64,000 nt of DNA from a virus (Duplodnaviria > Caudoviricetes), in IMG/VR virus record IMGVR_UViG_3300025000_000096, positions 649 through 64,648 of that record, one strand, 5' to 3'. Position 1 is the stretch's first letter. Every line of letters starts with the position of its first letter. The position numbers and the translations under genes were made by a program. Below the pieces are notes generated by a model, which had not been told where the DNA came from, ran no database searches, and saw nothing but the letters and a program-made list of their open reading frames with translations. Of this stretch, positions 9,262 through 18,437 are shown in pieces.

Positions 9262-9947
9262 GTAAGAACCATCCCTTCCACGCCTGATTTAAGAGCGTGA
9301 ATTTTGCAAAGGAGCGTGAATACTTCAAATGGGTAATCCAGATTCTCGAAGTAGTGGTGGTGGAACTCTTCACCCGTCTTTGAGATCCGCAAGAGGTGTG
9401 CTGGAAGGTAAATTCCAGTCTTTTCGTAGAACGCCATCTGGTAGGCTGACAGCTGGATAATGTGGTCAGCGTAGACCCCGTTACTGGTCTTGAAATCAAT
9501 CAAGCACAGCTTACCGCTTAGAGGGGCAATGAAGTCAATTGTGCCACCATAGCTGTACATCTCGCTCACAATCCCCATTTCGGATCGGATGTCTGCTGAT
9601 GAGAAGTCCAGGCTAACTGACTCTGACCACTTGATAAAGGCGTTGAAACCGTTAGTAGCCTTTTCAAGCTGCTCAGGCGTGTACATGCGCCGGTCAATCG
9701 TTGTGGGTGTTAGATGGGGAACATGCGAAGTGATGTACTCCTCAATCATTCCGTGAGCCAATGTGCCCGTGTCGGCAGCTTCCTGCTTGACAGCGTCCGG
9801 GTCTAAGCCAGCAAGCGCCGTCTTCTTGGCCCAGGCAATTAGGACGTTCTTGTTCCATCCCAGGTTTGTGCCAATGATCGTTGTAACAGAGGGGACAACA
9901 ATCCCTGCAGCATTCCTATACTTCTGATGTGCCTTTGTGTTAGCCAC
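9258..9947 (-). CDS. PD-(D/E)XK exonuclease
   Basis: VPSVTTII...AADTGTLAHGMIE...YGGTIDF...LIDFKTS...QLSAY; GTG start after GAGGAGG. Confidence 0.85.
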   Translation of the reverse strand: MANTKAHQKYRNAAGIVVPSVTTIIGTNLGWNKNVLIAWAKKTALAGLDPDAVKQEAADTGTLAHGMIEEYITSHVPHLTPTTIDRRMYTPEQLEKATNGFNAFIKWSESVSLDFSSADIRSEMGIVSEMYSYGGTIDFIAPLSGKLCLIDFKTSNGVYADHIIQLSAYQMAFYEKTGIYLPAHLLRISKTGEEFHHHYFENLDYPFEVFTLLCKIHALKSGVEGMVLT

Positions 9948-10203
9948 TGACTTTTTCCTCCTCAACCTGGGGTTCTGTCTTCTTTCCCGTCAAACGGGCA
10001 TAACGCTCAAGGACCTTTGCAAAGTGGTCCGCATTCGACATTCTGCGGACACTTCGAGCAGCGACCAATTTACCCAAAGCATCCGCTTCTGATGCTCGAC
10101 GCTTTGGCCGGTGTGTAAGAATGGCCTGCCCAGCCAATGGGTAGTACACCTTATGCCCGTCCGGTAATCTCTTGGCAATATAATGCCTAATTGGTGATAG
10201 CAT
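9940..10203 (-). CDS. basic hypothetical protein
   Basis: 87-aa ORF with AGGAGG RBS. Confidence 0.55.
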   Translation of the reverse strand: MLSPIRHYIAKRLPDGHKVYYPLAGQAILTHRPKRRASEADALGKLVAARSVRRMSNADHFAKVLERYARLTGKKTEPQVEEEKVSG

Positions 10204-10555
10204 TCAGTTCCTCCTGGAGAGAGCTAATCAGCGCCTTGATGGTTTCTGCACGCTCTGCATCCGCTGTTTGAAAGGTGGGCCACTTCCCCAGTAGGAGGAG
10301 TTGCCCGATGATTGCATAGTTGGAAATGTCAAGGAGCGTGTCCTGCACAGACTCATCAACTACGGACGGTCCATCGGACGTAAGCAGGTTGTTCAGCCGG
10401 GACACTTTGTCCATCAGGCGGATAACCACACCTGGGTACCCAGCCTTTCCAATATTCCCAGGGCCGTAGTCTCGCATCTTTGCCCGAAAGGTGAGAAACG
10501 CCTGATCCTGTAGCCCTACGAAGGTGTTAAAAACGCTTTCTAGTTCTTGGTTCAT
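10187..10555 (-). CDS. DUF1599 / nucleotide-modification-associated domain protein
   Basis: K.RDYGPGNI...G..IRL.DK..RL.NL......DESV.DTLLDI.NYAII. Confidence 0.8.
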   Translation of the reverse strand: MNQELESVFNTFVGLQDQAFLTFRAKMRDYGPGNIGKAGYPGVVIRLMDKVSRLNNLLTSDGPSVVDESVQDTLLDISNYAIIGQLLLLGKWPTFQTADAERAETIKALISSLQEELNAITN

Positions 10556-10577
10556 GCACACTCCTATATGATACATA

Positions 10578-10607
10578 AGTATACCACGTAACCTGTAAAA
10601 GTGTCAA
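10578..10607 (-). promoter_or_regulatory. sigma70-type promoter
   Basis: TTGACA-N18-TATACT. Confidence 0.8.
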
Positions 10608-10635
10608 GAAAGAAAAATCCCCCGAAGGGGACTTT

Positions 10636-12489
10636 CTACGTTGAGCACACTGACCACTCACATGAGGAGCAGGATTTACACCCCTCAGAGTGGATAACTC
10701 CGTTTCCACAAAGCGGACACGACTCTTCTGTATCTTTCGGAGGCTCTTTCTTCCCCATCAAAATCTGCTCTGCCCGGCTGTTGTCCCGGTACACAGACAG
10801 CCCCTTCAAACCAAGATTGTACGCCAGTTTATAAGCCTCTTGAACATCTCCCTCTGTTGCAGAGGATGGAAAGTTTACCGTCTTGCTGGTGGACTGGTCT
10901 ATGTACTTTTGGGCAAGGGCGCACACAAATATGTGGTCTTCTGGAGATACTGAGTAGGCTGTGTCCCATACAGCGTCTGCTTTTCCAAGACTCCGAGAGA
11001 GCTGAACGGAGGGATGGACGTAGTTTACAAACTGATCCTCTCCACCAAACATCTTAACCCTGCGAACGTACTCCAATGCAAAAACAGGCTCTATGCCGGA
11101 CGAGCACCCGAATAGGTTGCTAATCGACCCCGTAGGGGCTATGCTCAGCACTGTAACATTTCGAGTACCGGAGTGAACAATCCGCTTCTTTAGGGTGTCT
11201 GGTAGGGTTTCGAAGAACGCAAACTGTACAATCTCTGCACGTTCTGTCTTTGTTTTCTCAAGCCAAACAGGGGCTGGTCCAAACAGCTCGGCCAAATGTG
11301 CAGAGGCACTGTACGAACCGTCCCTTAAAGTCGAGAACACACCAATTAGAAAGGCGACAGTCTTTGGATTGTTTGAGTACTTAAGCCCCAGCATGGCAAG
11401 GGCGTCTGCCAGGCCCATAACCCCAAGACCAATTCTGCGTAGCTCTTCAAGTGATCGTCTTTGAGTTTCGGAAATGTAGTACCCTCTTTCGAGCTCAAGG
11501 GTAATGACGTTGTCCAAGAGATTAACAGCAGACAGAATGTCCTCTGAAAAGTCCAGGAAGTTAAAAGAGGCTTGGTCGGTGAACGGATTATTTACGTAGG
11601 CTCCCAGGTTTAGAGAACCCAAGTTGCAAACGCCTTCCTGATCCAGAACCTGCTCCGAACATGCGTTAACCCCAACAATTGGGTAGCCAAACAAGTCACT
11701 GTTCGACATCTTCTTGGCCGTATCCCAGAACAGGATACCCGGCTCTGCAGATGCCCATGCACTGTCCGACAGCTTCTTGAACAGGTCTGCTGCCTTTACA
11801 GCGTGCCAGGTTTCTTCTCCATGCGTTGTAAAGCTCATACGCCAATCAGCACCGCCTTCGACAGCCTGCATAAGGGCGTCAGACACCCTCACAGAAATGT
11901 TTGCGTTCTCTACCCGGCCAGGAGTCCTCTTTATGTGGAGGAAGTCGTAGGGAAGGGTTCCAGCTTCCTCCTCAAACGGGCGCCAAAGATCTGGGTGGTC
12001 ATCTGCTATTGAGAAGAGTAGGGCTGCCCGCCTGCCCTCCTGACCAATGGTCTTACCAGCAGAGGCAATCAGCTCCATAAAGCTTACTGAGCCGGTAGAG
12101 GTCTTGGCTGCATTCTTTACAGGAGCACCCTTTGGCCGCAACTTGGAAATGTCAATTCCGATACCCTGTCCACGAGAAGATGCACGCATAACTGATTGAA
12201 TAGTGGCTGATATGCTCTCAATCGTGTCCTGCTCTACTTCATGGGTTGTGCAGTTCATAAGGCTTACCCGAGCATCTTGCACACCGGCAAACGCCAATAT
12301 GCGCCCGCCCGGAGAGAACCTCTTCAGCATGAACATGCGCAGCGCAGAATATTCAAGAGTTGGATCACCCAAAGATAGAAGGCTTGCCAGTTCTTTGAAA
12401 AAGGCTGTGGGGTCTTCGAACTTGCCAGCGTACTTCTTGAAGAAAACTGCCCGGCTGAAAGGGTCACTAAAGTTAAATTCCGATGTCAT
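10636..12489 (-). CDS. nrdJ: class II (B12-dependent) ribonucleotide reductase
   Basis: FSPGGRIL, SLMNC, RRAAL, NISV, EPGILF, NACSEQ, CNLGSLNL, RRIGLG, IAPTGSIS, IDQSTSKTVN, C-terminal Zn ribbon; no small subunit adjacent. Confidence 0.9.
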   Translation of the reverse strand: MTSEFNFSDPFSRAVFFKKYAGKFEDPTAFFKELASLLSLGDPTLEYSALRMFMLKRFSPGGRILAFAGVQDARVSLMNCTTHEVEQDTIESISATIQSVMRASSRGQGIGIDISKLRPKGAPVKNAAKTSTGSVSFMELIASAGKTIGQEGRRAALLFSIADDHPDLWRPFEEEAGTLPYDFLHIKRTPGRVENANISVRVSDALMQAVEGGADWRMSFTTHGEETWHAVKAADLFKKLSDSAWASAEPGILFWDTAKKMSNSDLFGYPIVGVNACSEQVLDQEGVCNLGSLNLGAYVNNPFTDQASFNFLDFSEDILSAVNLLDNVITLELERGYYISETQRRSLEELRRIGLGVMGLADALAMLGLKYSNNPKTVAFLIGVFSTLRDGSYSASAHLAELFGPAPVWLEKTKTERAEIVQFAFFETLPDTLKKRIVHSGTRNVTVLSIAPTGSISNLFGCSSGIEPVFALEYVRRVKMFGGEDQFVNYVHPSVQLSRSLGKADAVWDTAYSVSPEDHIFVCALAQKYIDQSTSKTVNFPSSATEGDVQEAYKLAYNLGLKGLSVYRDNSRAEQILMGKKEPPKDTEESCPLCGNGVIHSEGCKSCSSCEWSVCST

Positions 12490-12893
12490 AAAATGTAGTC
12501 CTTGATAATGTATAATTTGATAATTGCCCGTGGGTTTTTTGTGTCTCGGTGCTTGTATAGGTGCTGCTCAACAATTTGGTTATCATTCTTGATAACCTCA
12601 GCCGTCTGTAGACAGTCCATGATCATTTCACTGGACAGGTCTGACCTTACATTGGCATAGAAAATCCAAGCATCTAAGCGGAGCTTTTCGACCCATTTTA
12701 CTTTGCAAGCACTCGGAACCTGTGTACAAAAATCCTCCACGTACTTTAACGCTTTGGAGGATTTTATGATCAATGGCTTTTTGCCGTCTGCAGTGCTTCT
12801 ATACACCAACTGGCGGCTATTAGACTTCCGGGGTGGAGACCCAAGGATAGTTTGCTCAAAGATGAGCCTGTACTTATCTTCAATCTGTGTCAT
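12486..12893 (-). CDS. RusA-like Holliday junction resolvase
   Basis: P..KSNSR...R.DL....I.DCLQ....I.ND.QI..........D..NPRA.I. Confidence 0.8.
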   Translation of the reverse strand: MTQIEDKYRLIFEQTILGSPPRKSNSRQLVYRSTADGKKPLIIKSSKALKYVEDFCTQVPSACKVKWVEKLRLDAWIFYANVRSDLSSEMIMDCLQTAEVIKNDNQIVEQHLYKHRDTKNPRAIIKLYIIKDYIL

Positions 12894-13176
12894 GTTTAAA
12901 ATCCTTGTTAATTGGCGTGTTGTTAGCTTTCTCTAATACTAGCTCTTGCTCAGAGTCTCCTGTTGGGAACAACAGTGGCCTGTACAGTTCGTGGCAGGCC
13001 CGGCATAGAAATAGCTGACTCTTATAGCTCTCTTTGTAGCTTTCAAGGTGCTTTGCCCGGCCATATACATGATGCACCTCTGCCCCAGCAACCAGCTGCT
13101 TTAGAATAAAGAAATGGCGAGTGCAGTACCCGCCATCTCTGTAGATTACCCTCTTTCTAGTTGGTCCCCGGTCTAT
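12880..13176 (-). CDS. HNH endonuclease
   Basis: Frame extends upstream of the listed ORF: RKRVIYRDGGYC...EVHHVYGR...LCRACH; apparent ATA start. Confidence 0.65.
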   Translation of the reverse strand: MDRGPTRKRVIYRDGGYCTRHFFILKQLVAGAEVHHVYGRAKHLESYKESYKSQLFLCRACHELYRPLLFPTGDSEQELVLEKANNTPINKDFKHDTD

Positions 13177-13760
13177 CTTTTTATCCTCCCGTTCGAGTGT
13201 GTGTACCAGTATTCAACGGCAATGTCCAAGGCGGTTGCGTATGGGTCACCAACCTGTCCCTGACAAGCCAGCTTTGCGAGCTGGTCAACCCGCTCATTGT
13301 TTTCTACGCCGCTGTGAGCTTTTACCTTTAAGATTGCGACGTTGTGAAAGACCGAGAGGGTTAGGATTTCCCCCCAAAGATCTTGGTGGCTTTGGAGGAT
13401 TTTTGACTTGTTCTTTATGTTTGAGTAGCCATCTATTACATACTGGCTGTCTGTGTAAACCGCCACATTTGAGGGAGCTTGGAGGGCTCGAAGTGCCCGT
13501 AGAAAGGCGGTAAGCTCCATGCGTATGTTTGTAGAGTGCCAAGAAGACCCGGACATCTCCTTCTCAACAACTTCTCCGCTACTCCTCATCGTCCGAAGGT
13601 AGCAGGCCCACCCACCCCTTCCTGGGTTTGTTGGCATTGTTGATCCGTCCGTCCACACCTGAACGCCTGGCCAGCCAGACTCTGGTTTTCTCAGTGCGGA
13701 CTCTAACCTTTCCTGCCGGATTACGCCTGGGTAGGGGCAGGGGGTGTGATTTTCTGTCAA
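13173..13760 (-). CDS. rnhA: ribonuclease HI
   Basis: VWTDGS..NPG.GGW, TNIRMELTA, YTDSQYV, DLW, KVKAHSG..NNERVDQLA. Confidence 0.92.
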   Translation of the reverse strand: MTENHTPCPYPGVIRQERLESALRKPESGWPGVQVWTDGSTMPTNPGRGGWACYLRTMRSSGEVVEKEMSGSSWHSTNIRMELTAFLRALRALQAPSNVAVYTDSQYVIDGYSNIKNKSKILQSHQDLWGEILTLSVFHNVAILKVKAHSGVENNERVDQLAKLACQGQVGDPYATALDIAVEYWYTHSNGRIKR

Positions 13761-13980
13761 GGTATCTTTCTCCTACCTCTGGTAACGTTTTACGGGCCGA
13801 CAACAGCAGCTCCCAGCAAGTGCCTAATTGGATGTTCAACAGGCGCCGAGTATTGTTCTTTGGGAGCTTGTCAACCCGTTCCTGGCAGGCGGCCAACAGA
13901 AGGAGTAAATCCTCCGTTGGCTCGCCAGAGAACAAAGGAATCTGTGCCTTGTATAGGGCTAAGAAGGCACGGAGTCGCAT
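13579..13980 (-). CDS. hypothetical protein (3' part overlaps rnhA)
   Basis: ATG right after ssb stop; fills the gap to rnhA. Confidence 0.4.
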   Translation of the reverse strand: MRLRAFLALYKAQIPLFSGEPTEDLLLLLAACQERVDKLPKNNTRRLLNIQLGTCWELLLSARKTLPEVGERYLDRKSHPLPLPRRNPAGKVRVRTEKTRVWLARRSGVDGRINNANKPRKGWVGLLPSDDEE

Positions 13981-13981
13981 A

Positions 13982-14332
13982 TTAGAAAGGCATATTAGCC
14001 GGAGACTCTTCTGCCGGAACTTCTCGGTCATTTGCCGGTGGGCGGGGGACGAAGAAAGCCTGACGGACCACAAACTCGGCAGACTTCTTCTGCACGCCTT
14101 CTTTGTCTGTGTAGGCGTTTTCTGTGTACTCAGAGGTGATCCCAATGACATCACCCTTCTCAAAGTACTTGCTGATGAACTCGGCAGAGCTGCCAAAAGC
14201 TACAGCGTTCACCCACACAACTTCCTCTTTGCTGCGCTGAACAGCCACTGAGAACTTTGTAACCGCTTTGCCAGCGGCAGAGGTTTTGCCCTCAATCCGA
14301 CCAATACGCCCAACAAAACTGCATGTGTTCAT
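13982..14332 (-). CDS. ssb: single-stranded DNA-binding protein
   Basis: MN...VGRI..., FSVAV.R, W.N.VAFG..AE....Y..KGD, C-terminal PF. Confidence 0.9.
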   Translation of the reverse strand: MNTCSFVGRIGRIEGKTSAAGKAVTKFSVAVQRSKEEVVWVNAVAFGSSAEFISKYFEKGDVIGITSEYTENAYTDKEGVQKKSAEFVVRQAFFVPRPPANDREVPAEESPANMPF

Positions 14333-14363
14333 AAATCGTTTCTCCTATAGTTGAATAACTAAT

Positions 14364-14409
14364 AGTATACCACATAAATCCACAAATTGTCAAGCTTTTG
14401 TGGTATACT
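14364..14409. promoter_or_regulatory. divergent promoter pair
   Basis: Minus strand TTGACA-N18-TATACT (14393-14364); plus strand TGTGG-TATACT (14399-14409); ends form inverted repeat AGTATACCACA/TGTGGTATACT. Confidence 0.75.
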
Positions 14410-14430
14410 AATTGAAGTTAGATACACACA

Positions 14431-14709
14431 ATGGAGACATCATTATTGGACGACATTACTATAGATGAGTTGTTAATCGACTCTGACGAACCTCTTTTAG
14501 AAGATACATTAGCCATCGAAGTAGATATTACAGGGGCAGTGCTCTTACTTCCCAGCAGGGACATCGTAGTTGTGTGCCTGCGCTCTTTGGGTTATACCCA
14601 GCAGGTTGTTGCAGACCTTATGGAGCTGAAAAGGACGACCATTAGCAATGCTGAGCAGGAAGCCTATGCCAGATTGGCAGAGCTTTTAAAGGACTATAAG
14701 AATGACTAA
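14431..14709 (+). CDS. sigma region 4-like helix-turn-helix protein
   Basis: LP.RD..V..LR.LGYTQQ.VA.LM.L.RTTIS.....A..RL. Confidence 0.65.
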   Translation: METSLLDDITIDELLIDSDEPLLEDTLAIEVDITGAVLLLPSRDIVVVCLRSLGYTQQVVADLMELKRTTISNAEQEAYARLAELLKDYKND

Positions 14710-14929
14710 TGGGCATACCTGCTTAGGATGTGACGACACCTGGATTACTTATCGGTTTGCCATATGTACAAAGTGTGAGCAAGTGTATGGTCGCAGAGCT
14801 ACGCAGTGGCCGGACTGGCTACGGGCTCGTTGGAACATGACCCAGAAAGAGCGAAGAAGCAATCGCAGAAACAGCATAAACTCTGTCAGCTTTTCAGAGC
14901 TAGAGGCAGGCTTAAGTGGACCAGGATAA
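14702..14929 (+). CDS. small zinc-binding protein
   Basis: CLGC..ICTKC; WPDWLR. Confidence 0.5.
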   Translation: MTNGHTCLGCDDTWITYRFAICTKCEQVYGRRATQWPDWLRARWNMTQKERRSNRRNSINSVSFSELEAGLSGPG

Positions 14930-15677
14930 AAGCCTAGCTAAAAGAGTTTTGTCGTTCACAGAGGCTGTGCAGCATGTAGAAGATGTTGCTCCAGAGGCAG
15001 AAGTTGATAGCATTGTTCGTGCAACGGAAATGCTGGTCAGTGGTATGACAATTGCACAAGTGGCTAAGCAGCTTGATATTAAAAAAGCTGTTGTGCTGGG
15101 CTGGCTGCAGAACACGCCCGGCATGGTCGATGCTATCCGAATTGGCAAAAGCAACCTAGAAGACTGGCGCATGGCCCTTATTCAGCGACAGTTTGCACTA
15201 GCTGCAAATATCTCACAAGGTATATTAAGCCTTGACATGGAGCTGCTAACTCTTCCGCCCAAACTTTTGGCAATTATACAAAAGCAGGCAAACGCAGTTT
15301 TGGATATGGGGATGAAGAAGAACTTGGAGATCAGAGAGGAGGAGCAGGAGGCAACTTTGTCTGCTGCTGTAAGCGCTTTGGACTATCTGGCCTCAGTCAT
15401 AGCCACCAACCAGGCGCCTGTGTCAGAAGTTCGTATAATCATCCCTGGAGAGTTCACATCCGAGGAAGTGGTTGAAGCAACCATTAAGGATGATCAACCA
15501 ACTTTTGGAGTGTTCGGGTCGGTGGATCGAACAGATAAGGGCTTCCTGTGCCACATTTGTGGAGAAGAGGCTAAGAACTTGCACAGCCACGTAACTCGAT
15601 CACATCATATGAAGGCTGCAACGTATGAAGCGACATATTTGCTTGATACTGGGAAGTTGAAAACATGTCAAATTTAG
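14916..15677 (+). CDS. putative terminase small subunit (HTH + C-terminal zinc finger)
   Basis: HTH (GMTIAQVAKQLDI...V.GW) and CHICG...L.SH..RSH; directly upstream of and overlapping TerL. Confidence 0.55.
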   Translation: MDQDKSLAKRVLSFTEAVQHVEDVAPEAEVDSIVRATEMLVSGMTIAQVAKQLDIKKAVVLGWLQNTPGMVDAIRIGKSNLEDWRMALIQRQFALAANISQGILSLDMELLTLPPKLLAIIQKQANAVLDMGMKKNLEIREEEQEATLSAAVSALDYLASVIATNQAPVSEVRIIIPGEFTSEEVVEATIKDDQPTFGVFGSVDRTDKGFLCHICGEEAKNLHSHVTRSHHMKAATYEATYLLDTGKLKTCQI

Positions 15678-17587
15678 CCCTAAGTTCTGCTACAAAAGAG
15701 AACCCGCTGGCCTATGGAATATCCTACGTTGACCTTTTGGAAGGCAAGAAGTGGGATCTTTCCCGTAGAAAGTGGTCTGTTGAGCTCTACCAGGCTGCAA
15801 ACCCATACCTTATCAGCCAATACCCAGACGAGTATGCCCGCAGCGTAGTGATGATGAAACCTACGCAAATTGGAATGAGTACACTGTCCATCGTTAAGAT
15901 GTTCCATTTTGCAGACAACTTCCCTGCTCGGGTGATGTACATCCTTCCCCGGCAACAGGACTATTTAGACTTTGTAACTACTCGTGTAGACCCCATGATC
16001 AAGCGGTCTGCTCGTCTTTCTGCTCTTCTTGGCAGTCCTGACTCTACAAGAGCTAAGCAGTTCGGGCAGAGCTACTTGTTCTTTATGGAATCCACTGTCG
16101 AGCCCAGAATGATGCCTGCTGATGCTTTGTTCATGGATGAGGTTGATTTGTGCAACCCGGACAACCTAGGCACTGCTCAAAACCGTTTAGATGATTCCAA
16201 GTGGAAGCTTAAGTTCTGGCTGTCTACTCCAACGATTCCTAACTATGGAGTGCACAGCCGATACCTTCAGTCCGATATGCGCACCTGGCTTATCCGCTGC
16301 AAAGGGTGCGGTTTTTGGCAGCCGGTAGAGTGGGAGTCAAACCTTAAAGTCTATGGCGCAGACGATGCCCCTGAGAAGGTCCAGCTTGAGTGTGTGAAGT
16401 GTGCAAAGGTAATTGACATGGAGACCATTCAGGCCGGGAAGTGGGTGGCTGAACGTCCCGACAGAAGCAAAGATATTGTTGGCTACCACGTCTCCCAGCT
16501 CATGGTGCATGACGTAGCAACGGTGTACAAGGCATATTTGGACCCAGAGACTACAACACTTGAGTTTTGGAGGAAGAGGCTAGGGAAGCCATACGAGCTT
16601 GCAGGGGGCAGCGTTTCTCGGGAAGACATTCTCGGCGCCTGCTACGACGACACCCTCTACCTGGAGCCTGCATATGACGGCAAGAGCACGTACTTTATGG
16701 GGGTTGACCAGGGTAATGAACTTCAAGTAGTCATTGCAAAGACCGAGCCAAACTCACGCAGGCTTAAGGTTATCCACATTGAATTTGTTCCGTACTCTGC
16801 AGAAGTTGCAGACAACAACTCCGGGTTTAACCGGATTGCCAACCTGATTCGGCAGTACCGGGTAAAAACAGCCGTTATAGACGCTGATCCAAACCGGCAC
16901 TCGGTACGGGCGCTGCAGCAGATCTTCCCAGGCACAGTGTTCCTGGCCGACTATCTGAATATCAAAACTCGGGTGGAAAAGATTACTGGCAGGATTGGGA
17001 AGATGGAAGGCGTCACCATTGGCCTGAAGGTGAATAGAACAGAGGGCCTGGACTACCTTATGCAGACCATTCGAGATGGGCTGTGGCAGCTGCCAACAAC
17101 CGCTGGAGGAGCAATCCCTACCATGGTGGAAAACCTGATCTCACATGTAACAGCGCTTAAGCGGGATGTGGAAGAGAAGAGAACGCCCAGTGGTATGGAG
17201 CAAGAAGCTGTTTGGCGCACGATCCGCCCGGACCACTTAGCACACAGTATGCTGTTCCTAAAGCTGGGGGTTGACATGCGCAGGGCAAACTCTGGTAAGA
17301 TCGCCATCATTGGAACCGGCCCTTCAGCAACAGCAGTTGAGCAGCCTACAGAAGATGCAACCCTAAAGGTTATGGCCCTTTTAGCAGAGGTTCCACAGGT
17401 GCAAGTTCAGGAGTTTTTAAAGGACCCAGAATCATTGGCCATCCCATTCCCATTGTCCCACAAGCTCCCAAAGGCCCTTGAAGAGTTCTCAAAAGAGGAT
17501 GTTTTTTGGGTGCTTCGGCACATAGCCACTTTTGGAAATGCACCAATACCGAAGACACGAGAAGAACGAATCTTGCGTTTTTCGTAA
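15665..17587 (+). CDS. terL: terminase large subunit (GpA-like)
   Basis: Walker A K.TQIG.S, Walker B LFMDEVD, LSTPT coupling motif, CxxC zinc pair, GYHVSQL, MGVDQG nuclease, PDH.AH. Confidence 0.9.
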   Translation: MSNLALSSATKENPLAYGISYVDLLEGKKWDLSRRKWSVELYQAANPYLISQYPDEYARSVVMMKPTQIGMSTLSIVKMFHFADNFPARVMYILPRQQDYLDFVTTRVDPMIKRSARLSALLGSPDSTRAKQFGQSYLFFMESTVEPRMMPADALFMDEVDLCNPDNLGTAQNRLDDSKWKLKFWLSTPTIPNYGVHSRYLQSDMRTWLIRCKGCGFWQPVEWESNLKVYGADDAPEKVQLECVKCAKVIDMETIQAGKWVAERPDRSKDIVGYHVSQLMVHDVATVYKAYLDPETTTLEFWRKRLGKPYELAGGSVSREDILGACYDDTLYLEPAYDGKSTYFMGVDQGNELQVVIAKTEPNSRRLKVIHIEFVPYSAEVADNNSGFNRIANLIRQYRVKTAVIDADPNRHSVRALQQIFPGTVFLADYLNIKTRVEKITGRIGKMEGVTIGLKVNRTEGLDYLMQTIRDGLWQLPTTAGGAIPTMVENLISHVTALKRDVEEKRTPSGMEQEAVWRTIRPDHLAHSMLFLKLGVDMRRANSGKIAIIGTGPSATAVEQPTEDATLKVMALLAEVPQVQVQEFLKDPESLAIPFPLSHKLPKALEEFSKEDVFWVLRHIATFGNAPIPKTREERILRFS

Positions 17588-17595
17588 ATTGGTAC

Positions 17596-17625
17596 TTGAC
17601 AGATCTTAAAAAGACATGGTATAAT
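17596..17625 (+). promoter_or_regulatory. sigma70-type promoter
   Basis: TTGACA-N18-TATAAT with extended -10 TG. Confidence 0.85.
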
Positions 17626-17630
17626 AGAGC

Positions 17631-18008
17631 TGTGTAATAATCCGTGACTGGATTGGCTGTAGCCCCGACAATGCACATTGCGAAAAGCCAGATTACATCT
17701 CGGGTACATAAAGGATTATGCCAACGGTAACCAATGGCCGGGCAAGTACGTGCATGTACGGGATTCGAAATCCGGCTCTTGCCGAGGCAGTACCTGCTAA
17801 GGAACAACAATGAGCGAACTTGACAATTGTCATTTCCAGCAAACTTTTTAGGATACCCTTCTGAGAAGTCCTCCGAGATGCTATGGGTGATGCAGAGACT
17901 GGCATAGCGTACACACAAAGTTAGGCGGTGTGTCCAAGGACAGAGACTTCTGGAGAGAGATATTTATATCTTTTTCCCTTTCGTAGGGAGAGATGCGTCT
18001 ACTGCCGT
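17631..18008 (+). ncRNA. candidate ~380-nt structured ncRNA of unknown family
   Basis: No + strand ORF, own promoter, several local hairpins and crossing long-range complementarities. Confidence 0.55.
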
Positions 18009-18021
18009 AAGATCATATGAA

Positions 18022-18336
18022 TTGGAGAAAATCTTGGAAAACGTAATAACAGGCTTAGTTGTAGCAGTAATTGTAATCGTGATTATGAGCACAGAGCATG
18101 CTCAGAAATTGATGAGTAACTTTAAGAGATTGCTTACAGGGCATCTAGGAGATAAACTCAAAGCTATCGAGTTTAAACCTGATGGGTTGTACCTCCTGGT
18201 TCTACCAGAGAGTACAACTGAAAAGGAATTAGATGAACTTGCAAAACAGTTAAACAGTACTTACTCCGATGCGATCTCTAAAGGTTTAAGGATAGTTATA
18301 CATATAGGCCGGATGACAATCATCACGGCTGAGTAA
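18022..18336 (+). CDS. membrane-anchored hypothetical protein
   Basis: N-terminal hydrophobic helix; AT-rich. Confidence 0.55.
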   Translation: MEKILENVITGLVVAVIVIVIMSTEHAQKLMSNFKRLLTGHLGDKLKAIEFKPDGLYLLVLPESTTEKELDELAKQLNSTYSDAISKGLRIVIHIGRMTIITAE

Positions 18337-18437
18337 TTGTAGACTTTACACACATTCCCTGATACCATATATGGTAATGGACCTGCTTGGTAAGCAAGTT
18401 AAAAGAGTTCAAGTCTCTTTCGGGGATCAAGGAAATT

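Noticed and set aside
17631-18008. RNase P RNA, group I intron or permuted group II (T-large) intron
   Set aside because: GAGAAGTCC, CAGAGACT and GCATGTACGG only loosely resemble their motifs; spacing and partner elements (P4/CR-V, P7 order, domain V triad) do not fit
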